Virus record (IMG/VR): IMGVR_UViG_3300005758_000183
Coordinates: 1 to 26,821 of that record
Origin: a virus
Lineage: Duplodnaviria; Caudoviricetes
DNA: 26,821 nt
Reading direction: 5' to 3' (one strand)
The notes below the pieces were generated by a model. It was given only the letters and a program-made list of their open reading frames with translations. It had not been told where the DNA came from and made no database searches. The position numbers and the translations under genes are program-made. This document shows, one piece after another, positions 1 to 8,389 of the stretch (its first letter is position 1; each line of letters opens with the position of its first letter).

Positions 1-383
1 TCATCTGTGCTGTAGATCATCTGGTTGTTGATCGCTTGATCAACATATTGCTTTGTTACCGCACCTAAGTTTTGACTAGGGTCACCACTTAAGATTAGTT
101 CACCAGTCATTGGTGTGCTGCCATCTAGGGCAACTTTGGTAGCGATACTATTGGCAACTGTGGTCGCAAAGTTTGCATCATTACCAAGGGAAGCAGCTAA
201 TTCAGCTAATGTGTCTAGCAAAGCTGGGCTGGAATCAATTAATTCCGCAATAGCTGTGCGAACATAAGCAGTGCTTGCTAATTGGTTCGTATTTGTGGTC
301 TGTTCTGCTGTTGGCGCCGTTGGTTGACCACGTAGGTCGACGCTGTCAATAATAGAACTTGACCTTGCTTTAATTAAAGGCAT
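1..383 (-). CDS. Tail fibre protein, N-terminal part (runs off the left edge; not in the ORF track)
   Basis: ATG at 383 with GAGGA RBS at 391-395. Manual translation: MPLIKARSSSIIDSVDLRGQPTAPTAEQTTNTNQLASTAYVRTAIAELIDSSPALLDTLAELAASLGNDANFATTV... This contains the typical phage tail-fibre PTAPTA..T.QLA.TA.V..P..LDTL.ELAA.LGND.NFATT motif. Open to the window edge. Confidence 0.8.
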   Translation of the reverse strand, partial: MPLIKARSSSIIDSVDLRGQPTAPTAEQTTNTNQLASTAYVRTAIAELIDSSPALLDTLAELAASLGNDANFATTVANSIATKVALDGSTPMTGELILSGDPSQNLGAVTKQYVDQAINNQMIYSTD

Positions 384-628
384 TTCTTTATCCTCAAAAT
401 GAAGTCTCTAATGAAACCTCGTTAGGCCTGATTTGTGTCTGTACCCGAAGACTGTGACAGTTCGTTAAGAGTTTGTAACAACGCTGTCGAACCATCTACC
501 AAATTACTCAACTCGGTTTGCACCATTTGAGTTGTAGCAATTTGACTAGAAGTATTGGACGCCGAAGGCTGACCGCCCAAATGGACGCTGTCTATGATAG
601 AACTTGACCTTAATTTAATTAACGGCAT
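339..628. repeat. Imperfect direct repeat, 339-383 vs 584-628
   Basis: gacgctgtcaataatagaacttgaccttgctttaattaaaggcat vs gacgctgtctatgatagaacttgaccttaatttaattaacggcat: 40/45 identical by hand. Confidence 0.9.
422..628 (-). CDS. 68-aa truncated paralog of the adjacent tail-fibre N-terminus
   Basis: MPLIKLRSSSIIDSVHLGGQP matches MPLIKARSSSIIDSVDLRGQP of the 1..383 gene. GGAG RBS at about 637-640. Confidence 0.65.
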   Translation of the reverse strand: MPLIKLRSSSIIDSVHLGGQPSASNTSSQIATTQMVQTELSNLVDGSTALLQTLNELSQSSGTDTNQA

Positions 629-681
629 ACTTATTACTCCTTTGGCTTTTTAAGTTTGGAGCCACCAACGTGAGAATAATT

Positions 682-1824
682 TTATAAGACTAACAACCAA
701 TAGTTCTTTGTTATTTCAACAGAACCATTACTGGCTGTCACTGTGATTTCGTATCGACTAGGGCTGCTATTATTAGGAGCAGTTCCTACGATACTTGTGC
801 CACTTACTGATAACCAGCTAATTGTGGCTTCCCCAGCATAAGCGGGGCTAATTGATATGCTTGTAGTATTATTTACCTGCATTGGAAAATTGATACTGTC
901 TCCAGCTCTAAAACGCCCAATATAAGATGTGCTATCTAGGAACCTTGGCTTACCTTCACCAAAATTAATTAGTTTCTTATAAACATATTCGTTGCCGCTT
1001 GTATCTACTAGCGTCAAGTCCTGTGGTGTATCCCATGTTGGTCCAAAGACTTGATTTGTTTCAACCATTAGTTGTAGAAGGCTTTCACTAGGATAATCTA
1101 TCCTAGTAATTGTTTTATCGCCAATTTTGGCGCCTGTACCATATGTAATGTCTGTAGCTAAAACACTAACAGTAGTATATGAACCTATCGTGCTATAAGA
1201 AATATTTCTTATCTTTGGTCTAGGTCTATCACTAGTTGTGTTGCTTCTTAAAATTCTTACCTGAATTCTATCACCCTGTGCAGGTGCTTCATCAAAGGTA
1301 AGCGTTACACCATCTACTATTGTATAGCTATAGTAGGGTTCTTGAGTTATGCCGTTTATAGAAACAACCAATAAATTTGGACTGCTGACGCTAGTTTGTA
1401 TGTCGAATTCCATAGTGGAACCATCGCCAGTAAAATATCTTGTAATAGGTGTTAGACTATTTGTTTGATTTCTAAATTGACCAAACGTTGTATCATAAAC
1501 AAGAGCTTCACCAGTAACAGGATTTGCTATTGTTACATCAGTTAAATCATTGAGGGCAAGGTTATCTATTCTTGTTGTTAAGTCTGTACCACTTTGGCTT
1601 AACTGCGAGTCTACATACTCTTTGTTTACTAGTAGACGCCAGCTTGTACCGTCATGATATTCTGGATTTGTGAGATCTGCCGCATATCTAATTAGACCTT
1701 CCACACCGGATGGTCTTTCAGCAGTCACACCAGAAGGAAGTTTAAGAGCACCAGAAGCGTTAACTTCAAGAACACCGCTTTCTGGTGTCAATGTTTCTTT
1801 AGAATGATTTATCTTAATTGCCAT
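682..1824 (-). CDS. Virion structural / fibre-associated protein with beta-sandwich modules and a C-terminal putative Ig-like domain
   Basis: LKLPSGVTAERP..GLIRY motif, a FTGDGST.F..V.INGITQEP..Y...TLTFDEAP..GD.I module, and C-terminal WLSVSGTSIVGTAP..YEITVTASNG resembling putative Ig repeats. Thr/Ser rich. Confidence 0.65.
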   Translation of the reverse strand: MAIKINHSKETLTPESGVLEVNASGALKLPSGVTAERPSGVEGLIRYAADLTNPEYHDGTSWRLLVNKEYVDSQLSQSGTDLTTRIDNLALNDLTDVTIANPVTGEALVYDTTFGQFRNQTNSLTPITRYFTGDGSTMEFDIQTSVSSPNLLVVSINGITQEPYYSYTIVDGVTLTFDEAPAQGDRIQVRILRSNTTSDRPRPKIRNISYSTIGSYTTVSVLATDITYGTGAKIGDKTITRIDYPSESLLQLMVETNQVFGPTWDTPQDLTLVDTSGNEYVYKKLINFGEGKPRFLDSTSYIGRFRAGDSINFPMQVNNTTSISISPAYAGEATISWLSVSGTSIVGTAPNNSSPSRYEITVTASNGSVEITKNYWLLVL

Positions 1825-1833
1825 CTATATCTC

Positions 1834-2232
1834 TTAAACAGAAACAACATCTACTACTGCCGTCCAGGCAATAACATCACCATTAACACCAATACATGAC
1901 AGTGTCATTTCACCGCTGGTATTAAAAGATACTATAGGTTCTGCAAAACTTGCTGTATCGACGTATGTATTAACCACAAATCCTGTTACAGTAGTTGTAC
2001 CCTGTAGGTAGCAACCGTTTATTTCAAATGCCGCTGTATTTGTTCCCTTACCAATAATGTAGGCCGTGAAGAACACTGTGCCGTTGGCTGTATATTTGGA
2101 ACCATCTCTATCTAATAAAACAGTAGTCTGCGTAGAATTTGTTGTGCCGGTCAATGTTATTCGTTGGTTGTTGAGACCAATCTTAAAACTGTCTGCGGTT
2201 GTACCATGTAGCTTTGTAAATATACCTGACAT
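1834..2232 (-). CDS. Thr/Gly-rich beta-strand protein, probable virion accessory
   Basis: Likely start is ATG 2232 (MSGIFTKLHG), overlapping the upstream stop as TAATG. Lies among structural genes. Confidence 0.6.
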   Translation of the reverse strand: MSGIFTKLHGTTADSFKIGLNNQRITLTGTTNSTQTTVLLDRDGSKYTANGTVFFTAYIIGKGTNTAAFEINGCYLQGTTTVTGFVVNTYVDTASFAEPIVSFNTSGEMTLSCIGVNGDVIAWTAVVDVVSV

Positions 2233-2465
2233 TACTCTTTGTCCCAACTTTGTAGAATCATTTCCTCTATCTTATTTATTAGATTTTGATCTGGTTGGTT
2301 TTTAACCCATTTGCCTTCTGGACATTCGGCTACTGCGAAAGTTACCTTAGCTGGCATATAACATCCACAACTTTTACAAGTTGTTATTTGCTTTATAAAA
2401 AAGTCACAGGTAGCACAAATTGCTAAACGTTCTTTTCTAACTTTTTGACTGACAGTCTTAAACAT
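2232..2465 (-). CDS. Small Cys-rich putative metal-binding protein (DUF6171-like pattern)
   Basis: RLAICATC...CKSCGC..AK......CP.GKW pattern. Confidence 0.7.
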   Translation of the reverse strand: MFKTVSQKVRKERLAICATCDFFIKQITTCKSCGCYMPAKVTFAVAECPEGKWVKNQPDQNLINKIEEMILQSWDKE

Positions 2466-2469
2466 CGAA

Positions 2470-2477
2470 TATTTATA
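2470..2477 (-). promoter_or_regulatory. T4-type late promoter TATAAATA
   Basis: Exact T4 gp55 consensus, just after the capsid terminator and 4 nt before ATG 2465. Confidence 0.8.
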
Positions 2478-2481
2478 GATG

Positions 2482-2510
2482 ACAAAAGGGACCTTGCGGT
2501 CCCTTTTTGT
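2482..2510 (-). terminator. Rho-independent terminator after the major capsid gene
   Basis: Minus strand reads AAAAGGGACC-GCAA-GGTCCCTTTT: GNRA loop followed by a U-tract. Confidence 0.9.
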
Positions 2511-2531
2511 TTTGTCTAACCCTGTTAGGGA

Positions 2532-3704
2532 TTAAGCGTACTTGATTGTACCGATGTTGATCTTACCTAGGTAGTCAGCAGCGTTACCCAAGCTGGATGC
2601 TGTGTTTGTCAACTCAACATAACCATAACGTGTCATGAAGGACACGACTGGTTCCATTGTGTTAGGATCAAGAACAACACCAGAGCTCATTAGAGGGATG
2701 TATGGGCAGTAGAAAGCAGCCGCATCCATCTCGTTAGGGCCCTTGTAACCAATTAGAACTGGAGCGTTAGCATCAGCATAACTGTTTACATAAACCTTAA
2801 CAGAACTGTTTAGTGTACCAACGAACTTAGTGTTTGTTGGAGCTTCGAATGTACCTTCTGTTGTACGTGCGAATGCGCTTGTTGTAGCAGATTGTAGAAC
2901 TGTCAATGCTGTTGGAGAAACAACAACGAAGTTACCTGCGCCACGACGTGTGCGCTGAGCGATCTTGTTAGCTACGTCATTGATCTGGATAGCTAGAACA
3001 GCGTGCTGGTCACCAACGTATGTAGGTGTACCTGTGAACTGACCTGTCTGATCGAATGTGTGAGTAGCTGCGCCAGCTAGAGTTGTTAGCTTGCCTAGAA
3101 TCTCTTGGTCGATTTCAGCAGTGATTTCTTGAGCTAGAGCTGCCATGATTTCAGCTTCAACATCAAGACCGTGCATAGCCTGAGCGTCTTGAGCAGCTTC
3201 AAATGTCCAACGTGCGGACATCTTACGGCTCTTAGCTTCAACTGTTTGCTTCAAGATCTGGATGCTTAGTTTACGACCAATAGCACCTTCCATAGTAGCT
3301 GTTGTTTCACCAGCTGGGTTGTTCACATCGCCGTTACCAGAGTATGCCTTAGCAATCTCGAATGGGCTTAGTGCTTCTGTACCAGCAGTAACGCCAGCAG
3401 CAGATTCAGCATAACGAACACGTAGAGTATGGATTTGACCAACTGGACCTGTCATTGGCTGAACACCGATGATTTCGTTAGCGATAACTGTAGGCATAAC
3501 ACGACGGATAACAGGTAGAATTACCTTGTTAAGAACGGCGATGTTACCAGTTTGTGTGGCACCTGCGGATGCAGATTCCATAATGTTTCTTTTTGTGTTT
3601 TCTAACACAGTTTCCATGACAGCCTTACGGTTGCCATTGAGTCCTTCTAGTAGAACGTCTTTTGTTGCAGACCAATTCTGGGACTCGAAAAGTTTTTCGG
3701 ACAT
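2532..3704 (-). CDS. gp23: Major capsid protein (T4 gp23-like)
   Basis: GVQPMTGPVGQIHTLRVRY, VEAKSRK, AAQDAQAMHGLDVEAE, EITAEIDQEI, FYCPYIPL and FMTRYG are gp23 motifs. AAGGGAG RBS. Confidence 0.97.
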   Translation of the reverse strand: MSEKLFESQNWSATKDVLLEGLNGNRKAVMETVLENTKRNIMESASAGATQTGNIAVLNKVILPVIRRVMPTVIANEIIGVQPMTGPVGQIHTLRVRYAESAAGVTAGTEALSPFEIAKAYSGNGDVNNPAGETTATMEGAIGRKLSIQILKQTVEAKSRKMSARWTFEAAQDAQAMHGLDVEAEIMAALAQEITAEIDQEILGKLTTLAGAATHTFDQTGQFTGTPTYVGDQHAVLAIQINDVANKIAQRTRRGAGNFVVVSPTALTVLQSATTSAFARTTEGTFEAPTNTKFVGTLNSSVKVYVNSYADANAPVLIGYKGPNEMDAAAFYCPYIPLMSSGVVLDPNTMEPVVSFMTRYGYVELTNTASSLGNAADYLGKINIGTIKYA

Positions 3705-3720
3705 AATAGTCTCCCTTGAC

Positions 3721-4827
3721 TTACTTTCCTATTCCGGCTAGTTTTCTTAGTGAAATGATATCTGCTGGTGCAGAGTCCTCACTAGAAGCTTTATTGCCAG
3801 TCACCTCAGTCTTCTGAGATGCTGCGCTCTCGGAGATAACAGTTTTACCCTTAGTAGGCACTGTGCTCTCATTGAGTACCGCTGGTAGATACTTGTTGAA
3901 AGATTCACGTAGGTTCTCTGTCTTAGTTGTCTTTAACAGATCTTCCATAATTTCACGCTTCTCTTTACCAAGTGGAGCTACCAATTCTTGCATAACGCTC
4001 TGACGCTTTACAGCATCTTCAGCGATACGAATCTTTGTCTGAGCTTGAGCTAATGCTTGATCCTTAGACTCAACCAACTGAGTTGCCTCTGCCAATTGCG
4101 CCTTAATCTCTTCCATTTGTTCAGCTAGCTTTTTAACTTGAGTTCCATCAGCGAAACCACTTGCCATAAATTCAGCAGCAAACGCTTCCATGATCTTACG
4201 ACCGAATGCGTTCTGACGGCTAACTTGAATATCTTCACGTAGTTGAGTGATCTCACTACGTAGAGCTTCTGTTAGTAGCTTTTCTGTCTTAGCGGCAGCT
4301 TCTTTGATAAACTTAGCTTTTGCTTCAGCAATAACTTTCTTGCCTTCAGCAACTAGTTGTACACGAGCCTGTACAAGCTTCTGCTCATCTTCTTTAAGTT
4401 CTCTCAACTCGTTAGACAACTTACGCAAAGCAAATTCTTCTAGTTTACCGAAGTTAGCTTGCTGTGTCTGGCGGTCTTGTCTGAGTTCTTTAATTTCCTT
4501 AGCCATTTGTTCCATAACAAACTTATTAAGCAACTGAGCGTGCTCTTTCATTTGTTTTTTGTATGCAACTTTGGCTTCAACTACATCACGCTTATCTACA
4601 GAGAATTCTTCCAATTCTCTACGGATAGCTTCAGAAATCATTTTGTCAGCGGCTTCAACGATTAGACCCTTGTCATGCTCGTAGCGTTGACTGAATTCTT
4701 CACGTAGATTAGCTTCAACTTCTTCATGTAGTTGTTGTACTTTTTGGTCCCAAGCCTCTTGTAGAGTGCTTTGGACTTCCTCAGATAAAACACCGGAGCC
4801 GAATAGTTCTTTCATATTGCTCATCAT
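3721..4827 (-). CDS. gp22: Prohead core scaffolding protein (gp22-like)
   Basis: Long Glu/Lys-rich coiled coil between protease and capsid genes, with many L/I-x-E sites. Confidence 0.85.
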   Translation of the reverse strand: MMSNMKELFGSGVLSEEVQSTLQEAWDQKVQQLHEEVEANLREEFSQRYEHDKGLIVEAADKMISEAIRRELEEFSVDKRDVVEAKVAYKKQMKEHAQLLNKFVMEQMAKEIKELRQDRQTQQANFGKLEEFALRKLSNELRELKEDEQKLVQARVQLVAEGKKVIAEAKAKFIKEAAAKTEKLLTEALRSEITQLREDIQVSRQNAFGRKIMEAFAAEFMASGFADGTQVKKLAEQMEEIKAQLAEATQLVESKDQALAQAQTKIRIAEDAVKRQSVMQELVAPLGKEKREIMEDLLKTTKTENLRESFNKYLPAVLNESTVPTKGKTVISESAASQKTEVTGNKASSEDSAPADIISLRKLAGIGK

Positions 4828-4834
4828 TGTCCCC

Positions 4835-5470
4835 TTATTTCTTTAGGTTGTCGATGAACCTGAGAACCTCTTCCTTGAGGTGTTTTTGCGCTTTAGAATC
4901 ATATCTTGCAGCCTCTGCAACGCCCATTAAGGCACCACGTCTACGATCCATCATTACACGTTCGTAGATTGCTTTTGGATATGCTTCAGGAGCACTCGGT
5001 TGAGCCACAATATCAACTGTGACAATTTCGAAATCGGTAACGCCACCAGATTCATTGACGTTACCTGAACCCCTACTGGACACACCCAGTTTAACACCAC
5101 TCTCTAATAGAGTTTTTACGATGTTACCCATTGGTGTAGGTAGGATTTTTAGCTTACCAATACCGTTGTTTTCGTTCATGTACATATTAGTAATCATGTG
5201 ACTAACACGGTCTAGGTTAACTTGTAGGTCATCAGGGTGATCAGCTTCACCAAGCACACTGAAACCATTTTTAATTTTCTCAGCAATGTTACTACATGCC
5301 CTGGCAATTTCACTAACGGGGTAAACACGTTGGTTTTGGTTTTTAACCCCGCCTTGAATAAAAATACCTTCCATGTAGAGATCCTTGCCGCCAGAGGCGT
5401 TCTCGATAAGCTGAGTACGCATACCAGCTTGATCGTATGTTAGACTTTCTACTAATGGTAAGTATGCCAT
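4835..5470 (-). CDS. gp21: Prohead maturation protease (gp21-like)
   Basis: LYMEGIFIQ, NQNQRVYP, LGEADHP, RVSH, TPMG, LGVSSRGSG, DIVAQPSAPEAY. Confidence 0.96.
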   Translation of the reverse strand: MAYLPLVESLTYDQAGMRTQLIENASGGKDLYMEGIFIQGGVKNQNQRVYPVSEIARACSNIAEKIKNGFSVLGEADHPDDLQVNLDRVSHMITNMYMNENNGIGKLKILPTPMGNIVKTLLESGVKLGVSSRGSGNVNESGGVTDFEIVTVDIVAQPSAPEAYPKAIYERVMMDRRRGALMGVAEAARYDSKAQKHLKEEVLRFIDNLKK

Positions 5471-5474
5471 TTCA

Positions 5475-6329
5475 TTAACCCTTTGCTACAGGACTTGTCT
5501 TGTTGCTTGCGCCGTCGCTGTTCTTTGGAACTGCTACGCTCTTGTAAGCAGGAGCTTTCTTGTTGCCAGGAACGTTAACGTTACCAGTTTTGATAGCTGT
5601 TGCGCTTGGCTTTGCTAGACCACCTTCTGTACCAGCCTTAACTGTACCAGAGTTTGTCTTTACAGGCTTAGCACCTTGGTCACTTACTTTAGGACCAGAG
5701 CTTACTGGGCTCTTAGCACTCTTGTCGCCATCGTCACCCATTTGAGCAGGAGCAACTGGACTTAGCTTTGCGCTTTCGCCAAATGCTTGATAGCTTTCTT
5801 CTGTTTCTTCTGGGGCTTCTTCAGCACCTTCGTCACCAGCTGGCATTTCTTCACCACCTTCATCGCCGCCAAGAATCTTAGCGAAAATGTCACGTAGTTC
5901 GTCGATAACTTCGTCAGCTTGTGCTTTTAGTTCTTCGTCGCCGCCTTCTGCAGGTAGTTCTTCACCATCTGCTGGCATTTCTTCAGCACCCTCTTCACCG
6001 CCAGTGGCTAAGTCTAGAGTTGCTTCTGGTTCTGTTGGTTCATCAGCTGCCATTGGATCTTCAGCTTCTTCATCATCAGCTTCGCTGAATAGACGCTCAT
6101 CGTCTAGTTCTGCTTCGTCACTGATGACTTCGTCTTCGAAATCCTGTGCAGGTGCTGCACCAAAGCCTTCTTCTAGTTCATCTTCTTCTAGTTGCTGATC
6201 TAGTTGGCTTAATTCTTCATAAATGCTCTTGCCTTTAGCAACAAAGAATTGATGTAGCAATTCGCTTGCACGGTCTTCTTCTTTATTAATAAGGGCTTCT
6301 AGCACTTGTTCTAGTGTATGTTTAGACAT
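5475..6329 (-). CDS. Highly acidic prohead core / internal head protein
   Basis: Start ATG 6329 with AGGAG RBS at 6336-6340. Very E/D-rich middle and K/P-rich C-terminus. Position matches T4 gp67/gp68 core proteins. Confidence 0.7.
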   Translation of the reverse strand: MSKHTLEQVLEALINKEEDRASELLHQFFVAKGKSIYEELSQLDQQLEEDELEEGFGAAPAQDFEDEVISDEAELDDERLFSEADDEEAEDPMAADEPTEPEATLDLATGGEEGAEEMPADGEELPAEGGDEELKAQADEVIDELRDIFAKILGGDEGGEEMPAGDEGAEEAPEETEESYQAFGESAKLSPVAPAQMGDDGDKSAKSPVSSGPKVSDQGAKPVKTNSGTVKAGTEGGLAKPSATAIKTGNVNVPGNKKAPAYKSVAVPKNSDGASNKTSPVAKG

Positions 6330-6368
6330 TCGGTTCTCCTTTTTGGCCAAAAGTATTCGTCTGTAATT

Positions 6369-6376
6369 TATTTACA
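6369..6376 (-). promoter_or_regulatory. Possible late promoter variant TGTAAATA
   Basis: One mismatch to TATAAATA, lying between a terminator and the core/protease/scaffold/capsid run. Confidence 0.5.
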
Positions 6377-6408
6377 GTTAATACGAAAAATACTGCTGAA
6401 ATATAGTT

Positions 6409-6440
6409 AAAAACGCAGTTTTCTCCTAGAAAACTGTGTT
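6409..6440 (-). terminator. Putative intrinsic terminator after portal and small ORF
   Basis: Minus strand reads AACACAGTTTTCT-AGG-AGAAAACTGCGTT with the T run continuing past the stem. Confidence 0.7.
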
Positions 6441-6449
6441 AAGTATGCA

Positions 6450-6656
6450 TCACATCGCTGGTGGCGGACGTTGGTAAATCTTTTTGTATGTTTCCTTACG
6501 CTCTTCCATCTCAAGGTTGCGAATTTCTCGCATCTTTCGTAACTTACCAAGGTGTAATAGTGTTAGACGAGGGCGCCTTGTATCCATCTTGTCGGATGTG
6601 TGAAATTCGTCAGTTTTGACATCTACTATGCCTTCTTTAACTTCCATTAATTTCAT
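6450..6656 (-). CDS. Small basic protein coupled to the portal gene
   Basis: ATGA overlap with the portal stop. Basic DTRRPRLTL.HL.KLRKMRE segment. Confidence 0.75.
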   Translation of the reverse strand: MKLMEVKEGIVDVKTDEFHTSDKMDTRRPRLTLLHLGKLRKMREIRNLEMEERKETYKKIYQRPPPAM

Positions 6657-8362
6657 GTTGGCGCTCCTGGGGCTGGTGCTGGGGCTGATCCTAATGGACT
6701 AGCTGCTCCTGTATTTACCGCTCCGCCTTGTTCTGGTGGCGTTTCTGTAGCGGCTGCTTCCATATCACCTAGCTGACCCATATCAGCATCTGTTGGGCGC
6801 TCTATACCTACGCTATTTAGATCACTGCCCATATCACCTTCTGCGCCTGCTGTTGGCGCACCTTCTGGATTTTCTTCCATCCACATTGCTTCGTTTTCTA
6901 CAATCTCTTCGTCTGTTAGACCTAGGTACTTCTTAAGAACAAATCGTCTGCTTAGGTACTGCACTTCAGACAACTGTCCAAATACTGCGGCTCTAGCATT
7001 ATTAATTTCAATCTCACGGTACTCACTGAAGCTCTGTGGTGGTAAGAAGTTTAATTTAAATGTACTTGTATCAAGTTCGATACCCTTTTTCTTCAAGAAC
7101 ATCTTAAATTCCTGATCAATAGGGTTGATTAACAAGTTTTGTAATCTTTGGCAATACTTGTTAAAACGGTATTCCTGAATGAATGCTGTACCTACACGGC
7201 CGTCATTATAAACGGCTGTACCATCATCTGGACCTGTTGGCATATAGCTACTAGGAATACGTAGTGCTCGCATTAATTTGTTAGTAAAATACTTCAAGTC
7301 ATCAATCTGACCTAGGTTATCGCCGCCTGGTAGCACTTCAACTTTTGATCCGCGGCCTTCTGCTGTTTGAGCAAAGAAGTAGTCTTCTAACATACTTAGT
7401 GGGTTATAGCTAGCATCCATCATGCTTGTTCCACCACCTGTTCTGCTAGGAATACGGCGTTGGTGTATTTCATTCTTAACTCTATCAACGAAAGCCATAG
7501 CCATGTTGGCAGGCATGTTACCAACGTCAATGTAGAATACCCTACGTTCCGGAGCACGTTGTACACGGTATATAATGATACTGTCTTCTAGTAAACTCTT
7601 TTGTTGGAATACTTTGTACACTGCTTCTAGTACGCTTGTACCAAATGGGTAGTTAGTATCCATGCCTTCACTTAGGCTTAGGTGAATTACGTGACTGGCT
7701 GCGACAGGTGTTTCAACGTTATTTGCATTAGTTTGATTGTTGTTCGCTGTTGCAAACTGTGTAAATGCCTGCTTACTAAATTGCGTAGGACCGTAGTTTT
7801 GATCTGTAATCAGTGGTTCCGTCGCTACTTTATTCATAACATCAAGACCAAGGTTCTTAATAATATACTGCTCTACTTCCTTTCCCTTTGCCTCGTTGAT
7901 AATCAACTTAGTTACGTCCTGTGCGCTGACATAATGTAACTCGTACGTTTCAGGATCACGAATAAAGAATTGATCACCATATTTTAGTGCATTACGGACC
8001 ATACGCCAAATGCGTTTGTTCCAGTCGTTTATTAAACACCACTGACGTAGACTTCTATTCAATACAGTTACTTCAGCTTCAGTTGGCTCATCAAAATGTT
8101 CTACAACAAATGGTAAGTTACTCTCAAAGTCAAATTGAGTACAAAACTCTGCAATGGTATCTAGAGCCGCATTAACCTCACTGTCTGCGTCCATGATCTC
8201 ATACTGCATGTAACGATCAACACGGTTAGGTGTTCCGCTATATACGTCTTTTAGCCAACTGCTGAACTTGTTGCTAGAGCCAATATGGTTACCATTATTG
8301 CTCTTTGATCGAGCAATTTCGTTTGCTGTTTGTGGTATTTGAAAGTGTTTACGCCAACTCAT
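6653..8362 (-). CDS. gp20: Portal vertex protein (gp20-like)
   Basis: LLEDSIIIYRVQRAPERRVFYIDVGNMP, SMLEDYFF, GRGSKVEVLPGG, ALRIPSS. Confidence 0.97.
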   Translation of the reverse strand: MSWRKHFQIPQTANEIARSKSNNGNHIGSSNKFSSWLKDVYSGTPNRVDRYMQYEIMDADSEVNAALDTIAEFCTQFDFESNLPFVVEHFDEPTEAEVTVLNRSLRQWCLINDWNKRIWRMVRNALKYGDQFFIRDPETYELHYVSAQDVTKLIINEAKGKEVEQYIIKNLGLDVMNKVATEPLITDQNYGPTQFSKQAFTQFATANNNQTNANNVETPVAASHVIHLSLSEGMDTNYPFGTSVLEAVYKVFQQKSLLEDSIIIYRVQRAPERRVFYIDVGNMPANMAMAFVDRVKNEIHQRRIPSRTGGGTSMMDASYNPLSMLEDYFFAQTAEGRGSKVEVLPGGDNLGQIDDLKYFTNKLMRALRIPSSYMPTGPDDGTAVYNDGRVGTAFIQEYRFNKYCQRLQNLLINPIDQEFKMFLKKKGIELDTSTFKLNFLPPQSFSEYREIEINNARAAVFGQLSEVQYLSRRFVLKKYLGLTDEEIVENEAMWMEENPEGAPTAGAEGDMGSDLNSVGIERPTDADMGQLGDMEAAATETPPEQGGAVNTGAASPLGSAPAPAPGAPT

Positions 8363-8380
8363 TAATTTTATCCTGTTTAT

Positions 8381-8388
8381 TATTTATG
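8381..8388 (-). promoter_or_regulatory. Late promoter CATAAATA upstream of portal
   Basis: NATAAATA in the short intergenic gap, followed by an AGGA RBS and ATG 8362. Confidence 0.65.
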
Positions 8389-8389
8389 A

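Noticed and set aside
339-628. Diversity-generating retroelement TR/VR pair
   Set aside because: Mismatches are not directional substitutions of adenine in one copy, the repeat is at the N-terminus rather than a C-terminal variable region, and no reverse transcriptase is in the window.
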